Of a stretch of 64,000 nt of DNA, positions 37,101 to 45,828 are shown one piece after another (the first letter of the stretch is position 1; each line of letters begins with the position of its first letter). The stretch spans positions 716 to 64,715 of IMG/VR virus record IMGVR_UViG_3300028833_000126; one strand, given 5' to 3'. This DNA comes from a virus (lineage: Duplodnaviria > Heunggongvirae > Uroviricota > Caudoviricetes). The position numbers were made by a program, and so were the translations under genes. A model generated the notes under the pieces. The model worked only from the letters and a program-made list of their open reading frames with translations, made no database searches and was not told the DNA's origin.

Positions 37101-38343
37101 TGGCACGTTCCTTGACTTCCTTGAAGTAACTCTTGAGCTCCTCTTTAAATAAGCGATACGACAGTGGATACGGTACATTCGCATCCTTGTTGTACGTCTG
37201 GTACTTTTCCCAAGCACCTTTGAGAGTCGTTCCATCGTCACGCTCGAAAGTCGAGTAATAGTACTCAACGAAATTGTAGAAATCGTTCGAGGCACCCATC
37301 ATTCTCATCGGTATGTAGTTATCATATCGATTCGGGTCCTCAAGGTAAACGTCGAGACAATGTTTTGCAATTGCTCCAAGCTCGAACTTGACCTGCGATT
37401 TGAGATGGTCATACTCTTTTCGCGGAATCTTATCGCCTGTTGGGATCACATCAATGAGACGTCGGATAATACCTGACTTTGCATCTGTGATTCGCACAGG
37501 TTTGTTCGTACCCATGAACATGAAGCTGTTGAAGCGAGTGGAGTACTGTGTCTTATGCTTCTCGTTCACCAGCATCTCATCGTGGGAGGCTATTGAGTTC
37601 AATCGTGTATTGTCTTCAATATGGCTCAAGTCTCCGTCCTGTTGGATTGCAACAAGCGGATTTGAACGGAATGCTTCAAGGGCAAATGCTGCGTTGGAAT
37701 TACCGAGTGACTTAGCATCGAAAACACAATAATGCCCGACAAAGAGAAGTTGAATAATGTCAAGAATGGTCGATTTACCTGTACCCGGATCTCCATAGAA
37801 CACCATGAACTTTTGAATGTTCTTGGAGTCCCCTGCGACCACAGCACCAATTGCCCATTCTATCTTCTGTCTTTCTTCCGGAGAATATAAAACAGTCATA
37901 AATCTCTCCCATGCCGGGTACTCTCCTGCCTCAAGCGGATACGGCAAGCGTTTTGATGCATAGTCCTTTTTATTTACTTCATCATTTTGAAAGACCAATT
38001 TCTCATCGAGTGGATGGAATGAGTCACGCATCTGCTTCTGACAGTACTTGTGCCATCTATCAGCGGTTCCAGTCGAGGCATAGCGCATATACATGACGTG
38101 AGCAATATCGCCACTTGCAGACTTGTTGTACTCCTCTGCATAGTCATGAAGCTCTCTGTCTACAAGGTCAATTAAGTCCTGCTCACTTGTAGACCAGAGC
38201 CCCCTCTCCTCAATCCATACAGCATAGAAATCGCCGCCTTTGATCATCAAGTCTTCGCTTGGGTTACAAATGATGAATTCTGGGTAGATCTCTACATGAC
38301 CACGCTTAGTTGAACGGGTAAACACCCGGAAGAAGTCCGCCAT
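34135..38343 (-). CDS. replication fusion protein: SF3 (D5/P4-like) helicase, AEP-type primase and family-B DNA polymerase with 3'-5' exonuclease
   Basis: Walker A FYGDPGTGKST (aa 183-192); AEP motifs IVIDFDIPDE and SGQGIHLHYIY (about aa 515-560); exonuclease motifs FFDVEV, FNCRQYDNHILY and YCANDVIATE; polymerase motifs GDISSQHPHS, KIVINAIYG and HIKTDS. Confidence 0.75.
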   Translation of the reverse strand: MADFFRVFTRSTKRGHVEIYPEFIICNPSEDLMIKGGDFYAVWIEERGLWSTSEQDLIDLVDRELHDYAEEYNKSASGDIAHVMYMRYASTGTADRWHKYCQKQMRDSFHPLDEKLVFQNDEVNKKDYASKRLPYPLEAGEYPAWERFMTVLYSPEERQKIEWAIGAVVAGDSKNIQKFMVFYGDPGTGKSTILDIIQLLFVGHYCVFDAKSLGNSNAAFALEAFRSNPLVAIQQDGDLSHIEDNTRLNSIASHDEMLVNEKHKTQYSTRFNSFMFMGTNKPVRITDAKSGIIRRLIDVIPTGDKIPRKEYDHLKSQVKFELGAIAKHCLDVYLEDPNRYDNYIPMRMMGASNDFYNFVEYYYSTFERDDGTTLKGAWEKYQTYNKDANVPYPLSYRLFKEELKSYFKEVKERANADDGGRVRKWYGGFRKEKFALEEFSEKSSKKSDGEKKPECWFKPRDQASLFDILATDYPAQYASEEGIPQRKWSNVQTKLKDLDTSQLHYVRVPVNHIVIDFDIPDENGNKSLEKNLEAVSRWPPTYGELSKSGQGIHLHYIYKGDPTKLSRIFDDRIEIKVFTGNMTLRRKLTKCNDLQIAEISSGLPLKGEDKLVNTETVKNEKAIRTLIKRNLCKEYHPGTKPSVDFIKKVLDDAYASGVHYDVSDMFQSVLTFASNSTHNADYCTKLVAEMKFKSEDSEPPGDEYQIKKDILIFFDVEVFINLFVVCYKALGDDQPVVRMINPTPQEIEELTQYKLIGFNCRQYDNHILYARILGYTNEQLYHLSKTIIDSEKGAKIGGKFGNAYNLSYTDIYDFSSKKQSLKKFEIELGIHHQELGLPWDEPVPEELWDKVAEYCANDVIATEAVWNARQEDFMARQIQVELVKALHGISTVTVNDTTNSLSEKIIFGSDKDPQTQFNYRDLSKPVSWTQYSEYREKFGDKYVFHVFDENGLPTYEVYDGDGCVALPDGYSILPFFPGYKFEYGKSTYLGEEIGEGGRVYAEPGIHLGVWDGDISSQHPHSAIAEVLFGPKYTRIFEEVVESRVAIKHKDFDLAVTYLNGVLKPWLTDDNAPGLAQALKIVINAIYGLTSAKFTNRFRDPRNVDNIVAKRGALFMTLLKSEVQKRGYQVAHIKTDSIKIPNATDEIRNFVIKFGHEYGYSFETEADFDKFCLVNDAVYVAKYKEPLKDKKTGDDIWWTATGTQFQVPYVFKTLFSGEELKFDDYCETKSVAKGSIVIDMNEKLPQLSAVEVKELEDLQKMLEPDAKVSKEKILKRYELTDDMVEVRLTELREKESKSHNYIFVGRIGQFCPIVPGGEGGVLYRNADNKYYAVAGTKGYRWLESEIVKELNKQDMIDVSYYDALANEAIETINSVGIACGYGDYYKLVDKEPPADWPPETPKF

Positions 38344-38603
38344 TACGCATCACAGGCTCCTCCATCAGATTCGTCGTTTTCCACACCGTGGACCTCTTCT
38401 TTGAGCTTTTCGATCTCCTCCTGCAGGTAGTTCTCGCTTCTCTTTCTCTCGGCAAGCTCAAGTGCAAGCCCAAGGGAGTAGAGAACGAGAAAACCAACGG
38501 TTACTTTAAGACCGAAGATACGACGCTTATTCTTCTTGATTGTTTTTCGAATATCATCCATATGAAAATCGATGACATTACTGATAAGATTTTCGTTTCC
38601 CAT
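38343..38603 (-). CDS. small membrane coiled-coil protein
   Basis: 86 aa; stop overlaps the polymerase start. Confidence 0.45.
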   Translation of the reverse strand: MGNENLISNVIDFHMDDIRKTIKKNKRRIFGLKVTVGFLVLYSLGLALELAERKRSENYLQEEIEKLKEEVHGVENDESDGGACDA

Positions 38604-38616
38604 AGTGTTTCCCCTT

Positions 38617-39162
38617 TCAATCGTCTAAAATCTCGTTAAGGTACCAATTCATCTGATACCAAATCTGAACTTCTCTTAAGTCATCTGCACATTTTCTGAG
38701 ATGAAATAATCCACCCTTGCCATCTCTATCATAACGTCTGTGAAGAAAAACAGAGATATGCTCATTTACATAGCTCTCATCATACAGATCATCAGTCATA
38801 GGAGCAAGACCAAGATTCGAAATCATCTCAAAAAACCAGCGAGGCGTTCTGTCTCCAATGTCAGGATCATCCATAATATCCTCTTCGCAACGAATTGCAA
38901 GTGCTACCATCATCTCGAGCACAGAGCACTCGGTGACGTCAAGCTCATTCACAATTACTTTGCTTGGGATATTCTGGTCTGCGCCAAAACGGTATCTGAG
39001 TTCGAGCCCATCCTCCTTACGGTTCTTATCCATAGGAAGAATATAAAAGAACTCGATCTCATTCAGTCGTCTCAGCAGTTTTCTGTACTTATCTCGCTTG
39101 TTAACAGGAACAACCTTACTGTACATCCAGTCAAAATATCGTTCTTTCAGTTCATTATTCAT
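38617..39162 (-). CDS. hypothetical protein
   Basis: 181-aa ORF. Confidence 0.5.
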   Translation of the reverse strand: MNNELKERYFDWMYSKVVPVNKRDKYRKLLRRLNEIEFFYILPMDKNRKEDGLELRYRFGADQNIPSKVIVNELDVTECSVLEMMVALAIRCEEDIMDDPDIGDRTPRWFFEMISNLGLAPMTDDLYDESYVNEHISVFLHRRYDRDGKGGLFHLRKCADDLREVQIWYQMNWYLNEILDD

Positions 39163-39187
39163 TCACCGGACCTCCAGTCGTCTAGTA

Positions 39188-39814
39188 TTAAATGTTCCCG
39201 TCAAAAGGAAAGTCGATTCTCTCAATACAATAATCGCTCTTCTTCGAGTCATCTCTGACAAATACTGTCGGTTCCTCTCCGTTACGAAGAATATCCATTG
39301 CCGTAGAGCCGAAGACCTGTTCAGGATCAGCATCAAGGATCTCCTCAGTCTCAGAGTCAATTACAACACCGTCAGAATATAATTCAAAAGAATGAGACTT
39401 GTAGTTTGAATACTCATCGTAGCTGTTTGCGTCGATCACGTAAGGATCAGTACCGCCAATCTCCGTAGTCTCCATGTTGGCAGCTTCTTCATCCATCTCG
39501 CGTTTGGTGTCTTCCGAGTAGGACTTGGAATATCTTGAATAGTCAACTTTGACTGCCTGAACGTCATTGAATGTCTCAACTTTCACGTCCGGCTTGTTGA
39601 CACTATTGCTGATGAATTCCTGCTCATTCTCCTCTGATGCGTTATCATAGGATGCGCGAATATCATCTGAGGTAGCAAGAGCATCTTCCCTATCACGATA
39701 CATCTCATTCTCAATCTCTTCTTTCAGATCCGGAATAAGCCATTTCTTGACAAAGAATGCTGAACCTCCAACACCAACCGCAAGTCCAAGAAGAAATGCA
39801 GCGAATTTATTCAT
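39188..39814 (-). CDS. membrane-anchored acidic protein
   Basis: N-terminal TM, then a D/E/S-rich region. Confidence 0.45.
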   Translation of the reverse strand: MNKFAAFLLGLAVGVGGSAFFVKKWLIPDLKEEIENEMYRDREDALATSDDIRASYDNASEENEQEFISNSVNKPDVKVETFNDVQAVKVDYSRYSKSYSEDTKREMDEEAANMETTEIGGTDPYVIDANSYDEYSNYKSHSFELYSDGVVIDSETEEILDADPEQVFGSTAMDILRNGEEPTVFVRDDSKKSDYCIERIDFPFDGNI

Positions 39815-39817
39815 ACG

Positions 39818-40786
39818 TCACACCTTCTTGTACGGAATTTTACTGTAGACGATTTCAGAGCAGTTGAAGTCAAGCCACACCGCATTGTTCTCACCGAAGA
39901 CAAAGTCACGAACAGACTTCTGGCTAAGATCACCGACACCGAAATCGACATAATTCTTGTTATCGTCATTCGGATCATAGACCCAACCGAACTGTTCCCC
40001 CGCCTGTGTCTTTTCGAAGCCAAGCGCCTCGTAAACCTCATTAAGTCTGAGAACACGATTTGCAACAAGTCTGTCCGTCATCTCAGCCATCTTGCGGTTG
40101 AGGAACATAGCATTGTACATAGCGTCTTTCTGCCAGTACTTGCTGTCTTCATTGAAGCACCGTGCGAAGTCACTGAGCTGATAGTTCTCCTTCGGCTTCT
40201 TGGTCGTCACAGTCTCCTCCTTGCCATTCTCGTCGGTCTTCGTCTCCTCGACTTCTTCCATCTTGTCGGCAAAGCGCAGTTCCTTGTCAACCTCCTCGCC
40301 ATACTTCTCGACAACTTTCTTGCGATAGTCATCGAACTCCTTGACAAGGACGCCGTTTGCAGCGAGGAGACCTGCGTTACGATTGGACAGGATTCTGTGA
40401 GAGGTGAGGACACAGGCAATAGAGAACGCACCCATCAGGACAACAGGAGCATAGAGCTTTGCAACTTCTCCCGCGCCTTTCAGATAACCGATTGTGACGT
40501 CATGCTTCATGTCTTCTTCGGTGTACCGAGACTCCGGAAGGATTTCGAACCCCTTCTCTTCTGCTTCTACAATATGCGCTCTCTTGCCCTTGGCTTCCGC
40601 AATGATTCGCTTCGGTTCTTCAAGGGCCTTCTCCGTCTTCTTTCCGGCACGCCATGCGAATACTACGGTCGTGATACCAGATGCGATAGCGAGTGCAACG
40701 AAGATCTCAGGCGAGTGCTTCTGTGCACCAAGTTTGGCGTTCGTTGCAATGTTCTTCATGCCAGTTGTGATTTTTTCGAATTTCAT
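39818..40786 (-). CDS. membrane-anchored protein, member 1 of a three-gene paralog family
   Basis: TM after a short N-terminus, long helical region, conserved C-terminus LNEVYEALGFEKTQAGEQFGWVYD shared with the 41427 and 43244 genes. Confidence 0.5.
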   Translation of the reverse strand: MKFEKITTGMKNIATNAKLGAQKHSPEIFVALAIASGITTVVFAWRAGKKTEKALEEPKRIIAEAKGKRAHIVEAEEKGFEILPESRYTEEDMKHDVTIGYLKGAGEVAKLYAPVVLMGAFSIACVLTSHRILSNRNAGLLAANGVLVKEFDDYRKKVVEKYGEEVDKELRFADKMEEVEETKTDENGKEETVTTKKPKENYQLSDFARCFNEDSKYWQKDAMYNAMFLNRKMAEMTDRLVANRVLRLNEVYEALGFEKTQAGEQFGWVYDPNDDNKNYVDFGVGDLSQKSVRDFVFGENNAVWLDFNCSEIVYSKIPYKKV

Positions 40787-40808
40787 TTTGAAGTAACGCT
40801 CCTTTCAT

Positions 40809-41408
40809 TCAGCGTGTGTGGTCGATGTACATAGGCTCGGGCAGGTGGATGGACCATACTCTTTCGCCCTTTACGTTGTAGTGGTAGATAGATGCCTGAC
40901 TGAGATCAGTCCAGCCCCAGTCATAGTAGGTGTGCTTCGGCGTCTGACCTGCATACTTGTAGAAATCAGACACAAGAACAACTCGCTCAGTCTTCAGCTT
41001 GCTTCTCATACGTCCGAGAACACGCTCTGCTGAGTCAATGTTCTTGAACTGAATCTCACCGAAGTTCCTCCGAAGACGATCCTCGCTTCCTCCGCGTTCT
41101 CTGTCGTCGTAGTAGGATTGATAGTTATGAGGCTCATCAAAACTGTCATAGCCTTTTCCTCTTCCGCGATAGACGAATGCACTGAAAGCCTCGACGATCA
41201 CTCTTCTGAGAGCCGGACCAATGATGTTCTGATAGATACTGTCGAACAAGATCTTGTAGTCTTCAGACATAAAAGCCCCTGCAATTCTTTTTGAGAGGCT
41301 CTTTTTCTGATTCTGAACGACTGTACTTTCAATAGGGGGCTCAGCGTTATTGCCTGCCCCCGTGTTTTCGTCATATGCTACCGGCTTGTTGTCGAATTCT
41401 TCGCTCAT
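40809..41408 (-). CDS. paralog of the 11699..12148 gene (shared C-terminal WGWxDL...LPEP domain)
   Basis: C-terminal ...YYDWGWTDLSQASIYHYNVKGERVWSIHLPEPMYIDH. Confidence 0.5.
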   Translation of the reverse strand: MSEEFDNKPVAYDENTGAGNNAEPPIESTVVQNQKKSLSKRIAGAFMSEDYKILFDSIYQNIIGPALRRVIVEAFSAFVYRGRGKGYDSFDEPHNYQSYYDDRERGGSEDRLRRNFGEIQFKNIDSAERVLGRMRSKLKTERVVLVSDFYKYAGQTPKHTYYDWGWTDLSQASIYHYNVKGERVWSIHLPEPMYIDHTR

Positions 41409-41426
41409 TTCAAATCTCCTTTGCTG

Positions 41427-42239
41427 TTAGATTTCAACATAACCGAACACACCTGGATCGATAAGCTTTGCGTTCGGTCTGATTGTATAGACGGGCTTGC
41501 CATCCATGATTGTCGTGGAAACATCAAAGCTTGCCTGATCGGAAGATTTGAAGCAGTCGTCAAATCTCCACCCGTATGCCTCTCCGATTCCAGTTAAACC
41601 ATGGCCAATGATCTCATATGCTTCATTCAGAGTCACTTCGTCACCAGCATTGAGTCTGCGATTGATCTCATTGACCGCTGCATCGAGAGTATTCTTAGTT
41701 ACCAGGAATGGCTTGCCTTCAAGTCCATCGAACGTCAGATCATAGCACCAGTATTTCCCTTCTTCAGGGACGAACTCTGGAATCACGTCCGGCTTCGGAG
41801 TTTCTTTCAGCTTCTTCTCGACAACCTTATCATCGATCTCCTTGGCCTTCTCTTCGCCTACAACATCCTTTGCTGCATCGACATAGTCGGCAATGTTCTT
41901 GGATGCCATCTCGGAAATTGCACATGCAGCCGTACCGAGCTTTGCAATACGTTTATCGTTTTCGACGGCAGATGCAACGAGGAAGAGAGTTCCGCCGATC
42001 AGAGCGCTTGCAGGAGCCGTAAAATGCTTCGCTGCGATCTTGCCCTTCTCAACACCATCGATCTCTTCTCCGGTCTCCGCCTTCTTATCTTCGAGTTCTT
42101 TCTTGAATTTCGGAATTTCCGTACCGAGCAAATATCCACCCGTCACGAGAAGGATCCCTCCAAATGCCGTAGCAATCTTGGGCCAATGCTTGTTGAGAGT
42201 CTTGCCGACATTTTTGATAATTTCTTTTGCTGTGCTCAT
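41427..42239 (-). CDS. membrane-anchored protein, member 2 of the paralog family
   Basis: C-terminus LNEAYEIIGHGLTGIGEAYGWRFDD aligns with members 1 and 3. Confidence 0.5.
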   Translation of the reverse strand: MSTAKEIIKNVGKTLNKHWPKIATAFGGILLVTGGYLLGTEIPKFKKELEDKKAETGEEIDGVEKGKIAAKHFTAPASALIGGTLFLVASAVENDKRIAKLGTAACAISEMASKNIADYVDAAKDVVGEEKAKEIDDKVVEKKLKETPKPDVIPEFVPEEGKYWCYDLTFDGLEGKPFLVTKNTLDAAVNEINRRLNAGDEVTLNEAYEIIGHGLTGIGEAYGWRFDDCFKSSDQASFDVSTTIMDGKPVYTIRPNAKLIDPGVFGYVEI

Positions 42240-42278
42240 CTTTGTTTTCTCCTTTTTAAAATTTGTTGAAAATATAAA

Positions 42279-42470
42279 TTACCGGACAAGCGTAATCTTG
42301 CCGGGAAGGGTGACTCGAGTACTCGGAAGTTTGTTGAGCAGCTTCTTTGCCTGATATGTCAGGTTGTTTCGTGCTTTCTCTTCCGATACCGCATACGTAC
42401 TGCCTCGCCAGTTGGAGGCAACACAAGTGTTAAAGACCATGATCGGTCCTTCGTATTCATATAATTTCAT
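42279..42470 (-). CDS. hypothetical protein
   Basis: 63-aa ORF. Confidence 0.4.
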   Translation of the reverse strand: MKLYEYEGPIMVFNTCVASNWRGSTYAVSEEKARNNLTYQAKKLLNKLPSTRVTLPGKITLVR

Positions 42471-42508
42471 TAGCCGCCTCCAATAAGCGCAAAAAGAAGA
42501 AGAGCCTG

Positions 42509-42730
42509 TTAAAGCTCCTCGTCTTCTTCAGATTCGGTGTCTTCTTCAGACTCTTCTTCGTCTTCGGTTCTTTCTGCCATGAGCGCATTTACACGCTCCT
42601 CGATCCTTTCATCGATATACTCTTCCTGCTCTCTCTTATCGAGTGCGTCCTTAATCAGGTTCCCGATAATCAGAGCGAATCCAAGTGCTACCGATCCGAT
42701 CTCAATGATTGCGTTCTTTTTCTTTCTCAT
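42509..42730 (-). CDS. small membrane protein with acidic tail
   Basis: 73 aa, TM then an E/D-rich tail. Confidence 0.4.
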   Translation of the reverse strand: MRKKKNAIIEIGSVALGFALIIGNLIKDALDKREQEEYIDERIEERVNALMAERTEDEEESEEDTESEEDEEL

Positions 42731-42748
42731 AGGTAAAATACCTCCCTT

Positions 42749-42776
42749 TCATTAGAATGCATGAAATGTTCGCGTC
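42749..42776 (-). promoter_or_regulatory. conserved promoter-like element, copy 11
   Basis: TTTGACGCGAACATTTCATGCATTCTAATGAAAGG. Confidence 0.5.
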
Positions 42777-42785
42777 AAACATCAT

Positions 42786-43217
42786 TCAGTCCCGAAGTTT
42801 ATCGAGAATCCAGAAGAATTTCCTGTACTTGTCATAGTATTCGTTTCGGCAACATGGAATAGCATTCCTGCTTCGAAGAATACTATATGGAATTCCTTCT
42901 GTGATACTCTTGAGAATATAACTTGACAGATCTGCTCCTGCTTTTTCCGCTGCAAGTTCTATCATGTCTATTCTCTTTGATAAGGATTCTCGCACAATCG
43001 CAACATCGGACGTAACATCGATCGTTATGTTCGTCTTCGTCTTTGGAATATCCGTGAGCTCTGCCTGATACTGGTGGCCATCCAAGTATTCAAGCGCCTT
43101 TTTCCACTCTGGATACTGTAAACAGAAATGTTTCAATTCATAGTATCTCTGACGAGGAATCCACCATGGATTTGTTTCGAGAATTTCGGGACTGATGACT
43201 GTTGACATTTTGGACAC
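42786..43217 (-). CDS. hypothetical protein
   Basis: 143-aa ORF. Confidence 0.45.
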   Translation of the reverse strand: MSKMSTVISPEILETNPWWIPRQRYYELKHFCLQYPEWKKALEYLDGHQYQAELTDIPKTKTNITIDVTSDVAIVRESLSKRIDMIELAAEKAGADLSSYILKSITEGIPYSILRSRNAIPCCRNEYYDKYRKFFWILDKLRD

Positions 43218-43243
43218 TCCTTGTTAAGACTTATTAAGATATG

Positions 43244-44026
43244 TTAAATTTCACACATCTCAAAACCATAGCGTGCTCTGCAAATTGGCTGGACGACATA
43301 TGATCCGTCACCAGAGCATGTGTAAGCGAAATCAAGCCAAGAACTTGCATAGCGACCGTCAACATCATTGTATATGGACTCATAACTCCAGCCAATGTCT
43401 TGTGCTTTAAGCCGATCAATACCGTAGTCAGAAGGTTCGATGTCGAAATATCCAATGACATCCCAAAGCGTTACGCTACCAATCAGATCAAGATGACGAT
43501 TAATGCGCACGACAGCGTTTGCGATATCGAATCTTGTAGCCATGAAGCTGATGTCTGGGCAATCTTCATAAAGATCCTTCAAGACCGCATTAACTCTTTT
43601 TTCTCCTGTTTCGATATCTGTATATTCAACTCCTTCATCCGGCAGCTTTTCCTCTTCAATCGCTTCTCTGACAGAAACATCAGCCTCTTCGCCATTGATC
43701 TCACCATTCTTAAGCCGATAGTTCTTATATGCCTGCTGAACCGCGACATATGCGCCTGTCAGACTTGCCTGCGTATTGAGATCCATGCAGTGTGCACCAA
43801 CCCCACAAGCCACAGACACAGCAGCACAGCCGATTGCCGGACAAAACACCTTTGCGCCAGTCACGACCTTGTCCTTCTTCGACATCTCAGGGTTTGCATC
43901 GAGAGCCTCTTTGAACTTCGGACCCTCCTTAGCCGCAAATATCACGGCTGCGATTGTTGCTCCGGAGCCGAGAACGGTAAGGACCGTCGGCAGGATTTTC
44001 CGGATCATGTTGCTTGCTTTGCTCAT
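43244..44026 (-). CDS. membrane-anchored protein, member 3 of the paralog family
   Basis: Trimmed to MSKASNMIRKI preceded by GAAAGGAGAAATCACA; C-terminus LWDVIGYFDIEPSDYGIDRLKAQDIGWSYE. Confidence 0.5.
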   Translation of the reverse strand: MSKASNMIRKILPTVLTVLGSGATIAAVIFAAKEGPKFKEALDANPEMSKKDKVVTGAKVFCPAIGCAAVSVACGVGAHCMDLNTQASLTGAYVAVQQAYKNYRLKNGEINGEEADVSVREAIEEEKLPDEGVEYTDIETGEKRVNAVLKDLYEDCPDISFMATRFDIANAVVRINRHLDLIGSVTLWDVIGYFDIEPSDYGIDRLKAQDIGWSYESIYNDVDGRYASSWLDFAYTCSGDGSYVVQPICRARYGFEMCEI

Positions 44027-44074
44027 TGTGATTTCTCCTTTCATAATTATAGTTGAATGAGCTTAAAAACTTTG

Positions 44075-44308
44075 TCATTCTTCGCTGTCGAGGCCAAACG
44101 CTTTAAGAAGCATCTTCTCGAATTCAGTCGAATTCATGTCTGCATCCAGTTCGAGATGAAGTTTTACTTTATCACCATCTTTGACTGTTGCAACGATCTG
44201 GTTGAATGCTACATTCACGGTTGTGCCGCAGCATTTCTTGATCTTGTGTTTGATGAACTTCGAGATCAGTGTGTTCATCAATTTGCTTGAGACTCTCAAT
44301 TCGTCCAT
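44075..44308 (-). CDS. hypothetical protein
   Basis: Trimmed to MDELRVSS preceded by GAAAGGAGAAAGGAC. Confidence 0.45.
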   Translation of the reverse strand: MDELRVSSKLMNTLISKFIKHKIKKCCGTTVNVAFNQIVATVKDGDKVKLHLELDADMNSTEFEKMLLKAFGLDSEE

Positions 44309-44386
44309 GTCCTTTCTCCTTTCATGTGCTTGAAAATATAAAAAGGAAGAGAGCCTGTACATCACCCTCGTCCTTTTGTTGACTCC

Positions 44387-44470
44387 TTACTTATCCTTGT
44401 TGTTTTTACGCTCCAGTCTTGCTAACAAGTAGAACACCAGCAGTCCTATAATAATAGCTTCAACCGACAT
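44387..44470 (-). CDS. possible 27-aa transmembrane peptide
   Basis: MSVEAIIIGLLVFYLLARLERKNNKDK with strong RBS GGAGGTAATT; has its own promoter motif and terminator. Confidence 0.35.
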   Translation of the reverse strand: MSVEAIIIGLLVFYLLARLERKNNKDK

Positions 44471-44496
44471 AATTACCTCCATAATAAGTTTTTGGT

Positions 44497-44525
44497 CTCA
44501 TTATATGAGGTGAAATTTTCGCGAC
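44497..44525 (-). promoter_or_regulatory. conserved promoter-like element, copy 12
   Basis: TTGTCGCGAAAATTTCACCTCATATAATGAGACC. Confidence 0.5.
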
Positions 44526-44552
44526 AAAAATATAAAAAGAGAAAAGCGTCTG

Positions 44553-44867
44553 TTAAGACGCCCTCTCGACTTCATCCGTCATTTTTCTCATTTTTGCATT
44601 GAATGTTCCCAAACTAATATTCAGTCCTGCCCAGAATGTATGCCAAAACCACACAATCTTCTTTTCACCACAGAATTGATAAGATTTATTGTCGCGATAG
44701 TCTGCATCCATGATCTTAAGAAATTCGTTGAACTCATCGAGTTCTACTTTCTTAATCTCATCTCTGAGCCATCCGTCAAGATACTTCTCATATTCTTTGG
44801 CTTCAATCATTTTGTTTGTGCATTTCTTAGCCATTCTGTAAGCCGTCTTATCGGTCAGTTTCATTTT
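44553..44867 (-). CDS. hypothetical protein
   Basis: Trimmed to MKLTDKTAY preceded by TAAGGAGCAATAAA; the longer ORF would read through the promoter/terminator cassette. Confidence 0.45.
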   Translation of the reverse strand, partial: KMKLTDKTAYRMAKKCTNKMIEAKEYEKYLDGWLRDEIKKVELDEFNEFLKIMDADYRDNKSYQFCGEKKIVWFWHTFWAGLNISLGTFNAKMRKMTDEVERAS

Positions 44868-44892
44868 ATTGCTCCTTAAGATAAAATATTGG

Positions 44893-44926
44893 ATTATCCC
44901 ATTACTGACGATGATTTCTTCGCGAC
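44893..44926 (-). promoter_or_regulatory. conserved promoter-like element, copy 13
   Basis: TTGTCGCGAAGAAATCATCGTCAGTAATGGGATAATCC. Confidence 0.5.
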
Positions 44927-44945
44927 AAAAAATATAAAAAGAGAA

Positions 44946-44965
44946 GAGACCATGTTTCAGGTCTC
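44946..44965 (-). terminator. hairpin terminator (GAGACC-ATGTTTCA-GGTCTC)
   Basis: Immediately followed (minus strand) by TTCTCTTTTTATATTTTTTGTCGCG, running into the promoter motif. Confidence 0.5.
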
Positions 44966-44974
44966 GTGCTCTAT

Positions 44975-45322
44975 TCACAGTAATTTCATTTTCGTAAGAA
45001 TGTCTCCATAGCTGAGTCCAGCTTTTCTCATGGATTCGATTCGGAGAGCCTCGTTCTGAGTCGGCTTGCGCTTCAGTGTCCAGTAACGACACAGCGAGCG
45101 ATCATAGATATACCGATCCTTCAGCTTCATCTCATTCTTCAACCGAATACCTTTGTCGATTCGTCTTCCGATAACGACCATGGCTCCGATTGCAGTTGTG
45201 ACAATGGTAGCTGCTTCCTCCGGGTGCTCTTTCGCCCACAGTTTCGCCTGATACGCTTTAACATAAGCCGCGTCTTTTGTGGCTGCAACCTTATCTTCAA
45301 TCCAGTCCTTTACTTTGCTCAT
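44975..45322 (-). CDS. hypothetical protein
   Basis: 115 aa, RBS AAAGGAGAAACTATT. Confidence 0.45.
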   Translation of the reverse strand: MSKVKDWIEDKVAATKDAAYVKAYQAKLWAKEHPEEAATIVTTAIGAMVVIGRRIDKGIRLKNEMKLKDRYIYDRSLCRYWTLKRKPTQNEALRIESMRKAGLSYGDILTKMKLL

Positions 45323-45351
45323 AATAGTTTCTCCTTTGTTGAAAATTGATT

Positions 45352-45383
45352 ATTACCATTATAAAGGATGGAAATATCGCGAC
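45352..45383 (-). promoter_or_regulatory. conserved promoter-like element, copy 14
   Basis: TTGTCGCGATATTTCCATCCTTTATAATGGTAATAATC. Confidence 0.5.
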
Positions 45384-45388
45384 AAATA

Positions 45389-45748
45389 TCAGAAGTCTTT
45401 CTTGTCAAACACTGTCTCCCACGCCTCTCGTGCCATCGGTTTCATGCGACATGCCCACATAACTTGCCGGACAGTTGAAGTAGGATATAAACCATTGACA
45501 GGCTCTTTTGCATGCCCCCTAAGATACTCATGAAACTTCGGATAAAGCCATAGCGCATTTGCGATCCAGTCGTCAATTTCGGTCCAATATGTATGCTTTG
45601 TGGACTTGACATACCTCTGCTGAATCACCGCAATGCCTCGCTTTCCACACTTGTATAGGGTGCACCTGTTGTATGCAGGGTGGTCACAAATATAAATCTC
45701 ACCGAAAGCTTGCTTGCTAAGTCGCGGAGGACTGACGTGGTATCTCAT
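45389..45748 (-). CDS. hypothetical protein
   Basis: 119 aa, RBS TAAGGAGAAGTTCAAA. Confidence 0.45.
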   Translation of the reverse strand: MRYHVSPPRLSKQAFGEIYICDHPAYNRCTLYKCGKRGIAVIQQRYVKSTKHTYWTEIDDWIANALWLYPKFHEYLRGHAKEPVNGLYPTSTVRQVMWACRMKPMAREAWETVFDKKDF

Positions 45749-45828
45749 TTTGAACTTCTCCTTACCAAGGTAAAAAGAAAAAGAGGAGAACTCACGATGA
45801 GTCTCCTCCTTCTCTTGATCAATTGCTG

